From positions 12,902 through 76,901 of the forward strand of contig PNNO01000003.1 of NCBI GenBank assembly GCA_013824265.1: a DNA stretch of 64,000 nucleotides, written 5' to 3'. Position 1 is the first letter of the stretch. Every line of letters starts with the position of its first letter. Below the pieces are notes generated by a model, which saw nothing but the letters and a program-made list of their open reading frames with translations, was not told the DNA's origin and ran no database searches. The stretch comes from a bacterium. Its GTDB lineage: Bacteria; Patescibacteriota; Gracilibacteria; UBA1369; PNNO01. Shown here one piece after another: positions 28,729 to 39,179 of the stretch. The translations under genes and the position numbers were made by a program.

Positions 28729-28755
28729 AATGAGATTCACTGCGTTCATCTCTGG

Positions 28756-28784
28756 TTGCTTTATTTCCAGAAGCTATTTAGAAT
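28756..28784 (+). promoter_or_regulatory. Possible promoter TTGCTT-17-TAGAAT for dnaG-rpoD-greA.
   Basis: Hexamers with a 17-nt spacer, 38 nt upstream of the GTG start at 28822. Confidence 0.3.
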
Positions 28785-28821
28785 AAAACCCCAATTTAGT
28801 ATTACGTAAATATTTATTCTA

Positions 28822-30591
28822 GTGTCGGACATAATTGCGGACATAAAGGCTAGGCTGAATATTGAGGATGTTGTTTCACATTACGTTCAGCTTAAACAAT
28901 CCGGCAGAAACTTTAAGGGTTTGTGCCCTTTTCATCAGGAAAAAACTCCCAGTTTTATGGTGAGTCCGGATAAACAGATAGCTTATTGTTTTGGCTGTCA
29001 TAAGGGCGGGGATGCAATAAAATTTATACAGGAAGTTGAAGGTGTTGAGTTTAAAGATGCGGTGAAAATTCTTGCAGATAAAGCTGGTATTAATATCGCA
29101 GATTACCAGTTTACCGGCGACAATACCGGTTTAAAGTCTGAGAAAAATGAACTTTATGAAATGCACGGGGTGGCTTTGGCTTTTTATGAAAAAGAGCTGT
29201 GGAATACTGAAAATGGAGCAAAGGTGCTTGAATATTTAAGAGGGAGGGGACTTACGGATGAAACTATAAGGTTTTTCCATTTTGGTTTGGCTCCTGATTC
29301 TTTTGATCAAACACAGATGCATCTTGTTAAGGCCGGTTATTCCAGGAAAATGATAGCTCTTGGTGGCCTTGCTATTGCTAAAAATACGCAGGCAGACAAT
29401 GTCTATGATAGATTCAGAGCGCGTTTAATGATTCCGATTTACGATTCCTTGGGGAAAATAGTTGGTTTTGGCGGAAGGGCTTTAAAAAAAGATGATCAGC
29501 CAAAATATTTAAATTCTCCTGATTCTCCAATTTATAGCAAAAGCGAAGTTCTTTATGGATATAATTTCGCTAAGGACTCAATAAAAAGAGATGACAATGT
29601 GGTTTTGGTTGAAGGATATTTTGATGTAATTATGTCTCATCAGGCTGGAGTAACAAATACGGTAGCGACTTCCGGTACGGCGCTCACTCTTCAGCAGATA
29701 AAGCTTATAAAGAGATTTACGAAAAATATGGTATTCAGTTTTGATACCGATAAAGCGGGTATAGACGCTGCAAAACGTGGATTTGAGCTTGCCCAGCATG
29801 AAGCAATGAATGTTCAGGTTATAACCGGGCTTGCGGCAAAGGACCCTGCGGATTTCATAAAGGAAAAGCCGGATGAATGGAAAGGGTTGATTGTTAAATC
29901 CATTCCGTTTATGCAATTTTGTATAGAGGATGTTGTTGCAGCCAATGATACAAAATCTCTTCAGGGTAAAAAGAAAATTCTGGCTTCTCTTATGCCGTTT
30001 TTTCATATGCTTACAAGCTCGTTCGAAAAGGATTATTTTGTCCGCGAATTGTCGCAAAAGCTGGATATAAAGGAAGTTGTAATTTATGACGAAATGAAAA
30101 GCAGAAGAACCGTGGAAATTGTGCAGAATATAAAAAATACAGAGTTAAAGGCCAAGGAAAGCAGAAAAATTGATAGTCTTGATCTGTTTTTTGGACTTGT
30201 TTTTGAATATCCTGTCATTCTTGAAGAAAACTTTAATGTTATTCCTGAAAAAATGCTTGAAGAAAACGAAAAAAGCATTTACAAGGTATTCAAAGATAAC
30301 TATAATTTGCTTCGAGCAGAGGGTAGGAGAAAAGATTTTTTGGCGTGTCTAGATGATGATATTCAGCAGAGAATACAGATGATCTCACTTTTCGTTGACG
30401 AGCTGTACGGAGCTTACAGTGAAGACATGGTTAAGGGTGAGGCAAAAAAACTGCTTGACAAAGTAATGAAAAAATTGCTTAATCAGCAAAAGCGCGATAT
30501 ATCCGCACGGATTCGCATTGCAGAAAAAGAAGGGGATTTGAAAGCTGCAAAAGAGTTGCTTGAACAACTTCAAAAACTAGTGAGCTCTTAA
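28822..30591 (+). CDS. dnaG: DNA primase.
   Basis: Zinc-ribbon [41 protein letters not shown] region [17 protein letters not shown] ... FDTDKAG. GTG start. Confidence 0.92.
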   Translation: MSDIIADIKARLNIEDVVSHYVQLKQSGRNFKGLCPFHQEKTPSFMVSPDKQIAYCFGCHKGGDAIKFIQEVEGVEFKDAVKILADKAGINIADYQFTGDNTGLKSEKNELYEMHGVALAFYEKELWNTENGAKVLEYLRGRGLTDETIRFFHFGLAPDSFDQTQMHLVKAGYSRKMIALGGLAIAKNTQADNVYDRFRARLMIPIYDSLGKIVGFGGRALKKDDQPKYLNSPDSPIYSKSEVLYGYNFAKDSIKRDDNVVLVEGYFDVIMSHQAGVTNTVATSGTALTLQQIKLIKRFTKNMVFSFDTDKAGIDAAKRGFELAQHEAMNVQVITGLAAKDPADFIKEKPDEWKGLIVKSIPFMQFCIEDVVAANDTKSLQGKKKILASLMPFFHMLTSSFEKDYFVRELSQKLDIKEVVIYDEMKSRRTVEIVQNIKNTELKAKESRKIDSLDLFFGLVFEYPVILEENFNVIPEKMLEENEKSIYKVFKDNYNLLRAEGRRKDFLACLDDDIQQRIQMISLFVDELYGAYSEDMVKGEAKKLLDKVMKKLLNQQKRDISARIRIAEKEGDLKAAKELLEQLQKLVSS

Positions 30592-30601
30592 AATACATCG
30601 T

Positions 30602-31720
30602 ATGGTACGTACCAAAAAATTCATTGTCCATCCAACGGATGACAAACTCGCTCAGTTCCCGCCGGAGGTAAGAACTCTTGTTACCAAGGGAAGGCAACAG
30701 GGCTTTGTTACGCAACAGGAACTGATGAAAGCTGTTCCAAACGTAGAGGAAGATCTTTTGCTTTTGGATGAGATCTACAGTCTTTTCCTTGATCTTGGAA
30801 TTGACGTAATAGACGTTAAGGACGCGATGATATGGAATAATAAGGAAGAAGAAGAAGTTGAAGAGAAAAAAGAAAAAAAGACAGTTGAGCTTAGGGAGAT
30901 AGCAAATGATTCAATTCGTCTTTATCTTTGTGAAATTGGAAAAGTACAATTGCTTACCGGAAAAGAGGAAATTGAGCTTGCTCGTGCAATAAAGAAAGGT
31001 GATCAGACCGCAAAACAAAGGCTTGCAGAAGCTAATTTGAGGCTTGTAGTTAGTATTGCAAAAAAATATATCGGCAGAGGTCTTTCTTTCTTGGATCTTA
31101 TTCAGGAAGGAAATATTGGTCTTTTCAGGGCGGTTGAAAAATTTGATCCAAATAGAGGATTTAAGTTTTCAACATATGCTACATGGTGGATTCGTCAGGC
31201 CATAACACGTGCAATCGCTGATCAGGCAAGGACTATCAGAATTCCGGTGCACATGGTTGAAACCATAAACAAGCTTACTCATGCTCAAAGAAGACTTGTT
31301 CAGGAGCTTGGACGAGAGCCGTTGGTTGAAGAACTTGCAGCTGAAATGGATATGGATATTAAAAAAGTTCGTCATATAATGAAGATTTCTCAGGATATTG
31401 TTTCTTTGGAGGCTCCGGTAGGAACCGAAGAAGATAGCAAGCTTGGAGATTTTATCGAGGATGACGATGCCCTTTCTCCGGCTGATGCTACGAATAGGCA
31501 GATTATCAAGGAAAATATACACGAGATGCTTCAATATCTTTCTCCACGTGAGAGAAAAATTATTGAAATGCGTTTTGGACTTAAAGACGGAGTCGGACAT
31601 ACTTTGGAAGAAGTTGGACATGAATTTAACGTTACGCGAGAACGTATCAGACAAATTGAGGCCAAGGTCCTTCAGAAGCTTAAAGAGCATCCAACAAGTA
31701 TAAAAATCAGGCCAAATTGA
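30602..31720 (+). CDS. rpoD: Primary RNA polymerase sigma factor (sigma-70).
   Basis: Region 2 ([36 protein letters not shown]), region 3 and region 4 ([27 protein letters not shown]). Confidence 0.95.
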   Translation: MVRTKKFIVHPTDDKLAQFPPEVRTLVTKGRQQGFVTQQELMKAVPNVEEDLLLLDEIYSLFLDLGIDVIDVKDAMIWNNKEEEEVEEKKEKKTVELREIANDSIRLYLCEIGKVQLLTGKEEIELARAIKKGDQTAKQRLAEANLRLVVSIAKKYIGRGLSFLDLIQEGNIGLFRAVEKFDPNRGFKFSTYATWWIRQAITRAIADQARTIRIPVHMVETINKLTHAQRRLVQELGREPLVEELAAEMDMDIKKVRHIMKISQDIVSLEAPVGTEEDSKLGDFIEDDDALSPADATNRQIIKENIHEMLQYLSPRERKIIEMRFGLKDGVGHTLEEVGHEFNVTRERIRQIEAKVLQKLKEHPTSIKIRPN

Positions 31721-31748
31721 TCGATAAAATTACTTAACTTTAATTGTT

Positions 31749-32246
31749 ATGTCAGACCAAGCTAATAATGAGGACAAAGTGACCCTTGTAACCAAGGATG
31801 GTTATAAGAAGCTTACTGAAGAATTGGAAGGTTTAAAAAACGTAAAACGTAGGGAAATCGCCAGCAGAATAAAAGAGGCGATAAGTTACGGAGATTTGTC
31901 GGAAAACTCTGAATATGAAGAGGCTAAAAATGAACAGGCTTTTATAGAAGGCCGAATTTTGGAACTTGAAGAGAAGGTTAAAAGTGCGGAAATTATTGAT
32001 GAGAAAAAGAAGGCAGGAGATAAAACCGTTCAACTTGGGTCATCTGTTACTGTTAGAAATAAGTCCATTAAAGGATCTAAACCTACAGAATATATTATTG
32101 TGGGTTCTACAGAGGCCGATTATGAACATAAGATTTCAAATGAATCACCCGTTGGAAGTGCATTGCTGGATAAATCGGTCGGAGAAAATGTTAAAGTAGT
32201 TGTTCCTGCCGGAGTTGTTGAATACGAAATTATCAATATTAATTAA
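31749..32246 (+). CDS. greA: Transcription elongation factor GreA.
   Basis: EIASRIKEAISYGDLSENSEYEEAKNEQAFIEGRILELE coiled-coil signature. 165 aa. Confidence 0.9.
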   Translation: MSDQANNEDKVTLVTKDGYKKLTEELEGLKNVKRREIASRIKEAISYGDLSENSEYEEAKNEQAFIEGRILELEEKVKSAEIIDEKKKAGDKTVQLGSSVTVRNKSIKGSKPTEYIIVGSTEADYEHKISNESPVGSALLDKSVGENVKVVVPAGVVEYEIININ

Positions 32247-33473
32247 ATGTCAATTTCCAGGGGAAAGAGTATTGCTAAAATTATCTTGCACGTTTTTAGT
32301 GTTCTTTTGTTTGTTTTTGCCACTTCTTATGCACTTTTGGCTGCATATGGATATCAAATCGATCTTTTGCATAAGAATATTTTCAAAACAAGCATAGTGG
32401 ATTTGGTTGGAACTTATAATGATATACATGTTTATATGGATTCCGAGGAGGTTTCTGATAGAATTCCATATCAAATTAAAAACATAAAGCCTGGGACTTA
32501 TACTATAAATATAGATAGTGAGAAATTTAATAATTGGAAGAGGACTGTTAGTGTAGTTGAGGACTTAGTAACCATAATTAACGATATATATTTAGTTCCG
32601 AAGGATTTGAAAATAAAAACTGTATTTGATGAATTTGATTTTATATATGATGATATGGTCTTCAATGGGAAGACGATTGTTTTCGTTAATAAAGAAAAAG
32701 GGCTTTTGCATGAGTTTAATATTGATGGCGGGATTGAAGAAGAAATTAAAACAACTACTTTGTTGAATAAAATTCAATATGAAAAAGTTTATTCGGCAGG
32801 GGATAAATATATTGTTTTTGATGGTGGCAAAGAAGGCGACCACGAAGTTAACTTGTTGGATCTTTCGTCCGATACACTAACTAAAATCATTGTTCCCGAT
32901 GAGTTCGTTGATTTTAATATAGGTTATAATTTTGGAATAAAAGGATTTTATTTAAACGGAGGGTCTCTTTTCTCGGTTGATATAGACGAGCAGGGGATTT
33001 TTAAAGGAATAACTTTGCTTACAGAGTTATCTGCAGTAAATGATATTGAAGTTTATTCGGATGGTGGCTTAATTTTTATAAAAACAGAGGAAGGACTCTA
33101 TGAGTATAGAGATAGCCTTCTTGCTTTGATTGATTCTGATATTTATCTTGGGCCATACGTTTCTCCATATGGGGATAAGGCTGTTTATGTCTTGGATGGG
33201 GGAGAGATATATACTTATTCTTTTGAATCCAAAGAAAGTTTTTTAATTGGGCGTTTTGTGCATAAAATTGACCAAATAGCTTGGTTCTTCGATGGGAAAC
33301 ATATTCTGCTTGCACAGAATGGAAAGCTGCTTTTTTGTGATTTAACTATGGAAAATTGTCCGGTTTTGAATGAAGAGATTCTTCTAGATAATATCTTTGT
33401 ATCAAAAACAAAACCCCTCATTCTTTTGATTACAAAGGAGGGGTTTGGAAAAATTGATCTTAGTCTGATTTAA
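32247..33473 (+). CDS. Membrane-anchored protein with a PEGA-like domain and a beta-rich C-terminal region.
   Basis: N-terminal TM ILHVFSVLLFVFATSYALLAAY. IHVYMDSEEVSDRIPYQIKNIKPGTYTINIDSEKFNNWKRTVSV matches the PEGA pattern. The start abuts the greA stop. Confidence 0.55.
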   Translation: MSISRGKSIAKIILHVFSVLLFVFATSYALLAAYGYQIDLLHKNIFKTSIVDLVGTYNDIHVYMDSEEVSDRIPYQIKNIKPGTYTINIDSEKFNNWKRTVSVVEDLVTIINDIYLVPKDLKIKTVFDEFDFIYDDMVFNGKTIVFVNKEKGLLHEFNIDGGIEEEIKTTTLLNKIQYEKVYSAGDKYIVFDGGKEGDHEVNLLDLSSDTLTKIIVPDEFVDFNIGYNFGIKGFYLNGGSLFSVDIDEQGIFKGITLLTELSAVNDIEVYSDGGLIFIKTEEGLYEYRDSLLALIDSDIYLGPYVSPYGDKAVYVLDGGEIYTYSFESKESFLIGRFVHKIDQIAWFFDGKHILLAQNGKLLFCDLTMENCPVLNEEILLDNIFVSKTKPLILLITKEGFGKIDLSLI

Positions 33474-33884
33474 TTATTTTTTCTTTTTCTTTGTTGAGTA
33501 ACCGGTCTTTTGCTCTTCTTTTGACTGTTTTGGCTTTGTTATATTTTTCATTTCAGGATACTTCGTGAAAAAATGATAAATGTTTAAGCCTATTATGTAA
33601 AAAGATATCAAAAGTGTGACATAAAGAAGAAATCTCATGCTTAAATATGGGACTGCGCTTGTCCTGGATGCTATTAAAATTGCCAATGTGATACCCATCC
33701 AAATAAAATGCCCCGGGGTGTTTCTGTAAACTTTTCTTAGTGCCTTGTTATCTTTTTTTACTATCATCAGTATTTTTACCAGAACGGCAATTGCTATAAG
33801 TACAATGGCATAAATCATTACCGTGGTTGAATAACTGAATGCCGCTCCCGGTGTAGGGCTAAACAAATAACTGACTGCTTGCAT
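33474..33884 (-). CDS. Small 4-TM membrane protein with a lysine-rich C-terminal tail.
   Basis: 136 aa, hydrophobic segments, ends ...YSTKKKKK. Confidence 0.5.
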   Translation of the reverse strand: MQAVSYLFSPTPGAAFSYSTTVMIYAIVLIAIAVLVKILMIVKKDNKALRKVYRNTPGHFIWMGITLAILIASRTSAVPYLSMRFLLYVTLLISFYIIGLNIYHFFTKYPEMKNITKPKQSKEEQKTGYSTKKKKK

Positions 33885-33910
33885 AATTTCTTGATGTTAA
33901 GAATATATTA

Positions 33911-34309
33911 TTACTTTTTTTTGTTACCGCGATCTTTTTTGTGGACTTTATTCTTTTTATTTTTTTGTAAAACATCATCCTTCTTGTTTTCCTTCATTTT
34001 AAGTGTAGGAGTTGGTACGCTTGCCTGAGCCAAAGTTTCATATTCGAGGTCTTCGAAGAACTTTTCTATTAATGTTTTTGCAGGTCTTATTCCAAGATAA
34101 ATAAAGATTCCAAAAATATTTAATACAACAACTAAAATGATCGATATTATTTGATATACAACATTATTGGATCTGCTGATTATGTCTTTGGTTGTCCAAA
34201 TTATAAGTGATATCCAAAGCAAAACCAGATATCCAAGTATTGCCGCTATTATAATTCTTGAAATATCGGCATAGGTAACCCACGCTATGATTTCAGACAA
34301 ACTTGGCAT
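33911..34309 (-). CDS. Small 2-TM membrane protein (possibly PLD-nuclease-N-like) with a lysine-rich tail.
   Basis: 132 aa. IIAAILGYLVLLWISLIIWTTKDI ... IISIILVVVLNIFGIFIYLGIRP. Ends KKDRGNKKK. Confidence 0.5.
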   Translation of the reverse strand: MPSLSEIIAWVTYADISRIIIAAILGYLVLLWISLIIWTTKDIISRSNNVVYQIISIILVVVLNIFGIFIYLGIRPAKTLIEKFFEDLEYETLAQASVPTPTLKMKENKKDDVLQKNKKNKVHKKDRGNKKK

Positions 34310-34311
34310 AA

Positions 34312-35103
34312 TTAAGAGTTATCAGATTCTTGTTTATCACGTTTCCTATTATACATTCTTGCTAAATATCCGCCAGCAATTGTAAACACAAATAAAGCCA
34401 GCCATTGTTCTTCTCTTAGGCCTGCATATATAAAAACATCATCTCCGCGCAGGAATCCTTCAATAAACATAAGCATTAAATAAATCAAAGTCCCCATAAA
34501 GGCTGTTTTTCCGGCTACTGGTTTTTGTTTTCTGTAGTACATAAATAAAGAAATGGCTACTATTATGCTGTATAAAAAAGCGTAAATTTGAGTTGGATGT
34601 ATTGGTACCGCGTATTTTATGGATGGATTATCAAAAACAATGCCCCATGGCAGCGATGTTACATTTCCGTAAGCACTGCCGTCCAAAAAAGTCCCTATGT
34701 GTCCTATTGAGAGCGCAAAAATTACAGAAATAGTTAGTATATCAAGCCATTTTTTTGTTTGTTCCTGCTCCTTCCTGGAGTAATAAAAAAGTGCGATTAT
34801 AATCCCAATTATTCCTCCAAGCAGAGATAAACCCTTATCCCATATTGATAACATGCTTAAAAATGAATTTATCGAAAAATCCGGAAGGTAGTATTGTAAA
34901 TTTCTTAATATAAAAAATAAGCGTGCGCCAATAAGGCCACAAACAAAAAATGCCAAGCTGTGATCATAAATGAAATTCATATTTAACCTTTTTTGTTGTG
35001 CAAGTAAGGAAAAAATGAATACTCCAAGTAAAAACCCCACTCCCGTTAAAAGCCAAAGTGAATAAACTATTATAGGTCCGATTTGGAAAAGTACAGGAAA
35101 CAT
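34312..35103 (-). CDS. lgt: Prolipoprotein diacylglyceryl transferase.
   Basis: IGARLFFIL, WDKGLSLLGGIIG and HPTQIYAFLYS match Lgt signatures. Confidence 0.85.
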   Translation of the reverse strand: MFPVLFQIGPIIVYSLWLLTGVGFLLGVFIFSLLAQQKRLNMNFIYDHSLAFFVCGLIGARLFFILRNLQYYLPDFSINSFLSMLSIWDKGLSLLGGIIGIIIALFYYSRKEQEQTKKWLDILTISVIFALSIGHIGTFLDGSAYGNVTSLPWGIVFDNPSIKYAVPIHPTQIYAFLYSIIVAISLFMYYRKQKPVAGKTAFMGTLIYLMLMFIEGFLRGDDVFIYAGLREEQWLALFVFTIAGGYLARMYNRKRDKQESDNS

Positions 35104-35159
35104 AAATTACTTGGATCAATACGATCGCAATTGTACAGAAAAACAGCTATATTCCGCAA

Positions 35160-36554
35160 TTAAAAATTGAATACGATTATAAAAGATGTAAGTGCGAAAA
35201 TCGGAAATAAAATTAAGCTTGCCATTGAATTCTTTTTGAAAAAATTTATTTTTATGCTTGTTGTTATGTGTAAAAGAAAAACCAGAGGCAGAATGTATTT
35301 AACTATGCCCGTGTTAAAAAGAAAGAATAATGTCGGGATGTCTGAATTTGTGAAAATAAGATTCTTGTTCAATATCAACTCTGAAATAAAGTAATAGGTT
35401 AAATAGTAAAATAAAAGCCATCCACTGAGGCCATTAGTTATTGAAACTATTTTTTCAAATGTGCTTAGTTCGTCTTCAGCTTTTAATCGGTTATTTTCAT
35501 TGCGTTTAAGAATTGCAATTTTTTCTTTTAATTTCTTCTTTTGAATATGCAATTGCTTGATACTTTTGTTGGCAGATTGTCTATATTCCTGATCTTTTGA
35601 TTTTATAACTACTGAAAAATATTGTTTTAAGTCTTTATTTAATTCGCTTATTTTTTTTCTTAATATTCTTATCTCTTTATCTTCAGAAATAAATTTTAAG
35701 ACAATTGAATAGAAGAAATTTTTTATTTTGTCAGAGACCAATACCTTTGCTCTATCTCTTATATGCTCCGATTGCCACCTCTCGATTTGATCCTGAAGGT
35801 CTTCATATAGCCCAAAATCCTTTCCTCTCTGAATTGCTTCTATCATTTCCTGAGTATCCGTATAAAGTCCCAGTTTGTCGTCTATACCTTCTTTTTTTGA
35901 AATGAAAATCTCAGCTCTTTGCAAATATTTAAGAAGATCTTTGCAGGTATTTTTTAAATATTCCAGATTGGTTGTGTTTTTTAAACGAAGAATTTTATTA
36001 ACGTAATCTTTTATTTTTTGCTTATCTTGAGGATTTAGATCGCTCGCAAATTTATCTATTATTTCCGATACTTTTTTTAAAACGAAATCAACCTGGCGCA
36101 TTACAAGTGCCTTTTCTTTATCGAAACTTCTATCTATCTTTTTTAATTTTTCATTATGGAACATTTCGGTATTTTTCCTAACCTCTTTTTGATATTGCCT
36201 CATAAGGTCAATAATCCCAGCTGTTTTTTGTTTTTCCTTGTCTTCCTTGCTTAAACTATTTTCAACAACATATCTTACATCAAGATCATATTCGGTAATT
36301 AGTCTCTTAAATGCACTATATCTGTCTTCCGAAACTATTGTTCCAATTATGTTCCTTTTTTCTTTGTCTATCCCGCTGAATTCAAACTTTAATCCCGCTT
36401 CGTCGGTAACTATCTGTTCACTTTCTTCTATTGAAATTACCGAAAAACCCAGTTCTTTAAGGTCGTTTTGGGCAATATCCAGAGTTGGAGCGTCAACAAC
36501 GCCGGATAACTGTCGGTTTTCTTTGTTTACAACAATGTACCTAAATTTTGGCAT
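35160..36554 (-). CDS. Membrane protein of unknown function: duplicated GspF/PilC-N-terminus-like module, long coiled coil, C-terminal TM bundle.
   Basis: 464 aa. MPKFRYIVVNKENRQLSGVVDAPTLDIAQNDLKELGFSVISIEE and KFEFSGIDKEKRNIIGTIVSEDRYSAFKRLITEYDLDVRYVVE. K/E/L-rich middle. Three or more hydrophobic segments at the C-terminus. Confidence 0.6.
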   Translation of the reverse strand: MPKFRYIVVNKENRQLSGVVDAPTLDIAQNDLKELGFSVISIEESEQIVTDEAGLKFEFSGIDKEKRNIIGTIVSEDRYSAFKRLITEYDLDVRYVVENSLSKEDKEKQKTAGIIDLMRQYQKEVRKNTEMFHNEKLKKIDRSFDKEKALVMRQVDFVLKKVSEIIDKFASDLNPQDKQKIKDYVNKILRLKNTTNLEYLKNTCKDLLKYLQRAEIFISKKEGIDDKLGLYTDTQEMIEAIQRGKDFGLYEDLQDQIERWQSEHIRDRAKVLVSDKIKNFFYSIVLKFISEDKEIRILRKKISELNKDLKQYFSVVIKSKDQEYRQSANKSIKQLHIQKKKLKEKIAILKRNENNRLKAEDELSTFEKIVSITNGLSGWLLFYYLTYYFISELILNKNLIFTNSDIPTLFFLFNTGIVKYILPLVFLLHITTSIKINFFKKNSMASLILFPIFALTSFIIVFNF

Positions 36555-36569
36555 ATTCTTAAACCGTAT

Positions 36570-38192
36570 TTACTTGCTATTTTGAATACTTGCTTCAATA
36601 AATCCGTAAAACAGTGGATGAGGTCTATTTGGTCTTGAAAGAAATTCAGGATGGAATTGTGAACCGATCATAAATGGATGATCCTTAATTTCAGCAATTT
36701 CAACAAGATTCTGCTTAGGGTTTATACCGGATATAACAAACCCTTTGCTTTCCAATTTCGCTTTGAATTTATTATTAAATTCGTACCTGTGTCTGTGTCT
36801 TTCATTTATTACATCTTTGTCATAAAGTTTCTTGGTTTTTGTTCCCGGAACAAGTTTGCATGGATATGATCCAAGCCTAAGAGTCCCTCCTTTTTCTCTT
36901 TGCGCAGATTGTCCCGGTAAAAAGTGAATTATATATTTATCAGGATTAATCTTACATTTTTCATCAAATTCTTCCGATGTAATTTGATTGTCTTTTAGGA
37001 AGTGTCTTGCGAATTCAATGGACATTATTTGCATTCCAAGACAAAGTCCAAGATAAGGAATTTTATTCTCTCTCGCATATTTCGCCGCCTGTATTTTGCC
37101 TTCGGTACCTCTTATTCCGAATCCTCCAGGAACAACAATTCCGTCCGCTTCTTTTAATTTCTTCCATGTTTTTTCATCATTTTCTTCCAGTTTGCTTGAA
37201 TCTATCCATATCAAATCAAGTTTTCTTGATTGATGGTAACAAGCTATTTTTAATGATTCTATTACGCTTATATAGGCATCATCCAAGCCTGTATATTTTC
37301 CGACCAGTGCGATTTTTAATGGAGCTCCATCCTTCTTTATTTTATCAACAAGCGTTTTCCATTCTTTTAAATTTGGCTTTACTTTGCCAAGATTTAATTG
37401 TTTTCCGATAAGTTGAGCGACATTGTAGCTTTCAAACATTAGCGGAACTTCATAAATTGAATCTGCCGTAGGGGTTGGTATTACGTGGTCAACGGGAACG
37501 TCGCAGAATAAAGAAATCTTTTTAAGCAGTTCTTTAGCAATTGGGTAATCCGCTCTTGTAAAAATGAAATCCGGCATTATACCCATTGCTCTAAGCTCTC
37601 TTACAGAGGCTTGTGTCGGTTTTGTTTTAAGTTCCTTGGAACCTCTTAGATAAGGGAGAAGAGTAAGGTGTATGAAAAGCGTATTTTCCTTGCCGAGTTC
37701 GTGTCTCATTTGCCTTATTGCTTCCATAAAAGGTTGCCCTTCTATATCTCCAACTGTTCCTCCGATTTCACAAATAATTATATCAGCGCGGCTTGCTTTT
37801 GCGGCATCCTTCATCCTTCTTTTTATTTCGTCTGTTATGTGCGGAATTATTTGTATTGTGCCGCCAAGATACGTACCCTGTCTTTCATTTGAAATTACCT
37901 GAGAATAAATTTTACCTGTACTTACCGAAGACTGTTGTGAAAGATTAACGTCGATAAATCTTTCATAATGACCCAGATCCAGGTCAGTTTCCGCTCCATC
38001 ATCCGTTACAAACACTTCTCCATGTTGAAAGGGGCTCATTGTTCCTGGATCAACGTTTATGTAAGGGTCCAATTTCTGAGTGAATACGCGAAAGCCTGAT
38101 GTCGTCAGGAGGGTGCCGATAGACGCGGTAGTTATACCTTTTCCAAGTGAGCTACATACGCCTCCTGTAACAAATATGTATTTGGTTGCCAT
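36570..38192 (-). CDS. pyrG: CTP synthase.
   Basis: MATKYIFVTGGVCSSLGKGITTASIG at the N-terminus. GATase GLCLGMQ and HPEF motifs. 540 aa. Confidence 0.95.
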   Translation of the reverse strand: MATKYIFVTGGVCSSLGKGITTASIGTLLTTSGFRVFTQKLDPYINVDPGTMSPFQHGEVFVTDDGAETDLDLGHYERFIDVNLSQQSSVSTGKIYSQVISNERQGTYLGGTIQIIPHITDEIKRRMKDAAKASRADIIICEIGGTVGDIEGQPFMEAIRQMRHELGKENTLFIHLTLLPYLRGSKELKTKPTQASVRELRAMGIMPDFIFTRADYPIAKELLKKISLFCDVPVDHVIPTPTADSIYEVPLMFESYNVAQLIGKQLNLGKVKPNLKEWKTLVDKIKKDGAPLKIALVGKYTGLDDAYISVIESLKIACYHQSRKLDLIWIDSSKLEENDEKTWKKLKEADGIVVPGGFGIRGTEGKIQAAKYARENKIPYLGLCLGMQIMSIEFARHFLKDNQITSEEFDEKCKINPDKYIIHFLPGQSAQREKGGTLRLGSYPCKLVPGTKTKKLYDKDVINERHRHRYEFNNKFKAKLESKGFVISGINPKQNLVEIAEIKDHPFMIGSQFHPEFLSRPNRPHPLFYGFIEASIQNSK

Positions 38193-38198
38193 ATAGAT

Positions 38199-39179
38199 TT
38201 AAACGAAGTTATTGACGTATCCTACAGCTTTTCGCACTTTTTCCATCATTTTCTCCGATTCTTCCTTTGCTTTTTGAGCTCCGTCTTTTAACACTTTATT
38301 AATGTAATCTAAATTGTTTGCGAGTTCAATTCTTTTTTCACGGTATGGACCAAAGAATTCAATTAGTTTCTCCAATAAAAGTTTTTTTGCTTCTCCGTAG
38401 CCAAAACCACCGGATTCGTACTTGTTTTTGAGGTCTTTTATTTCGCTGTCGCTAGCGAATAGGGTGTAAAGGTAAAATACATTGCATGTGTTTGTGTCTT
38501 TTGGCTGTTCCAAAGGCGTTGAGTCGGTTTGAATACTCATAACCTGCTTCTTTAGATCTTTATCATCGGCAAAAATTTCTATAACATTCCCATAGCTTTT
38601 ACTCATTTTTTGTCCGTCTGTCCCTTTAATTGTGGCTGATTCTTCAGGGATGTAAGGTTCAGGAAGTTTAAAAGTTTCTCCAAATATCGAATTGAATTTT
38701 ATAGCTATATCTCTTGCAATTTCTACGTGCTGTTTTTGATCTTTTCCAACCGGGACAAGATCGGGGCTATACAAAAGGATGTCCGCAGCCATTAAAACCG
38801 GATATCCAAATAGCCCGGCGGTTGGCTCTTTTTTGCCTTTTTCCAGTGCGTCTTTCCATGCGTGTGCGCGTTCAAGAAGTCCGTGTGGAGTTACGCAATC
38901 CAGTATCCATTTAAGCTGAGTATGTTCATAAATGTCGCTTTGTTTGAAGAAAACTGTTTTCTTTGGATCAAGTCCCAGTGCAAGATAATCAAGAACCAAA
39001 TGAAGAGTTGACGTCTTCATCTTTTCAGGGTCTCTTACTGTTGTTAGGGCATGATAGTCGGCTATAAAAATGAAGCTTTCATATTTGTCCTGCATTTCAA
39101 TATGATGCTTCATTGCCCCGAAATAATTCCCTAAATGTGGATTCCCGCTTGGTTGTACGCCGGAAAGTATTCGTTTCAT
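38199..39179 (-). CDS. trpS: Tryptophanyl-tRNA synthetase.
   Basis: HIGH-type GNPHLGNYFG, KMSKS, and size 326 aa. Confidence 0.92.
   Translation of the reverse strand: MKRILSGVQPSGNPHLGNYFGAMKHHIEMQDKYESFIFIADYHALTTVRDPEKMKTSTLHLVLDYLALGLDPKKTVFFKQSDIYEHTQLKWILDCVTPHGLLERAHAWKDALEKGKKEPTAGLFGYPVLMAADILLYSPDLVPVGKDQKQHVEIARDIAIKFNSIFGETFKLPEPYIPEESATIKGTDGQKMSKSYGNVIEIFADDKDLKKQVMSIQTDSTPLEQPKDTNTCNVFYLYTLFASDSEIKDLKNKYESGGFGYGEAKKLLLEKLIEFFGPYREKRIELANNLDYINKVLKDGAQKAKEESEKMMEKVRKAVGYVNNFV

Noticed and set aside
29578-31690. Minus-strand ORFs of 159 aa (in dnaG) and 173 aa (in rpoD).
   Set aside because: They are antisense shadows within genes that have unambiguous family motifs. They are AT-rich, Phe/Leu/Lys/Asn-heavy and show no start context.
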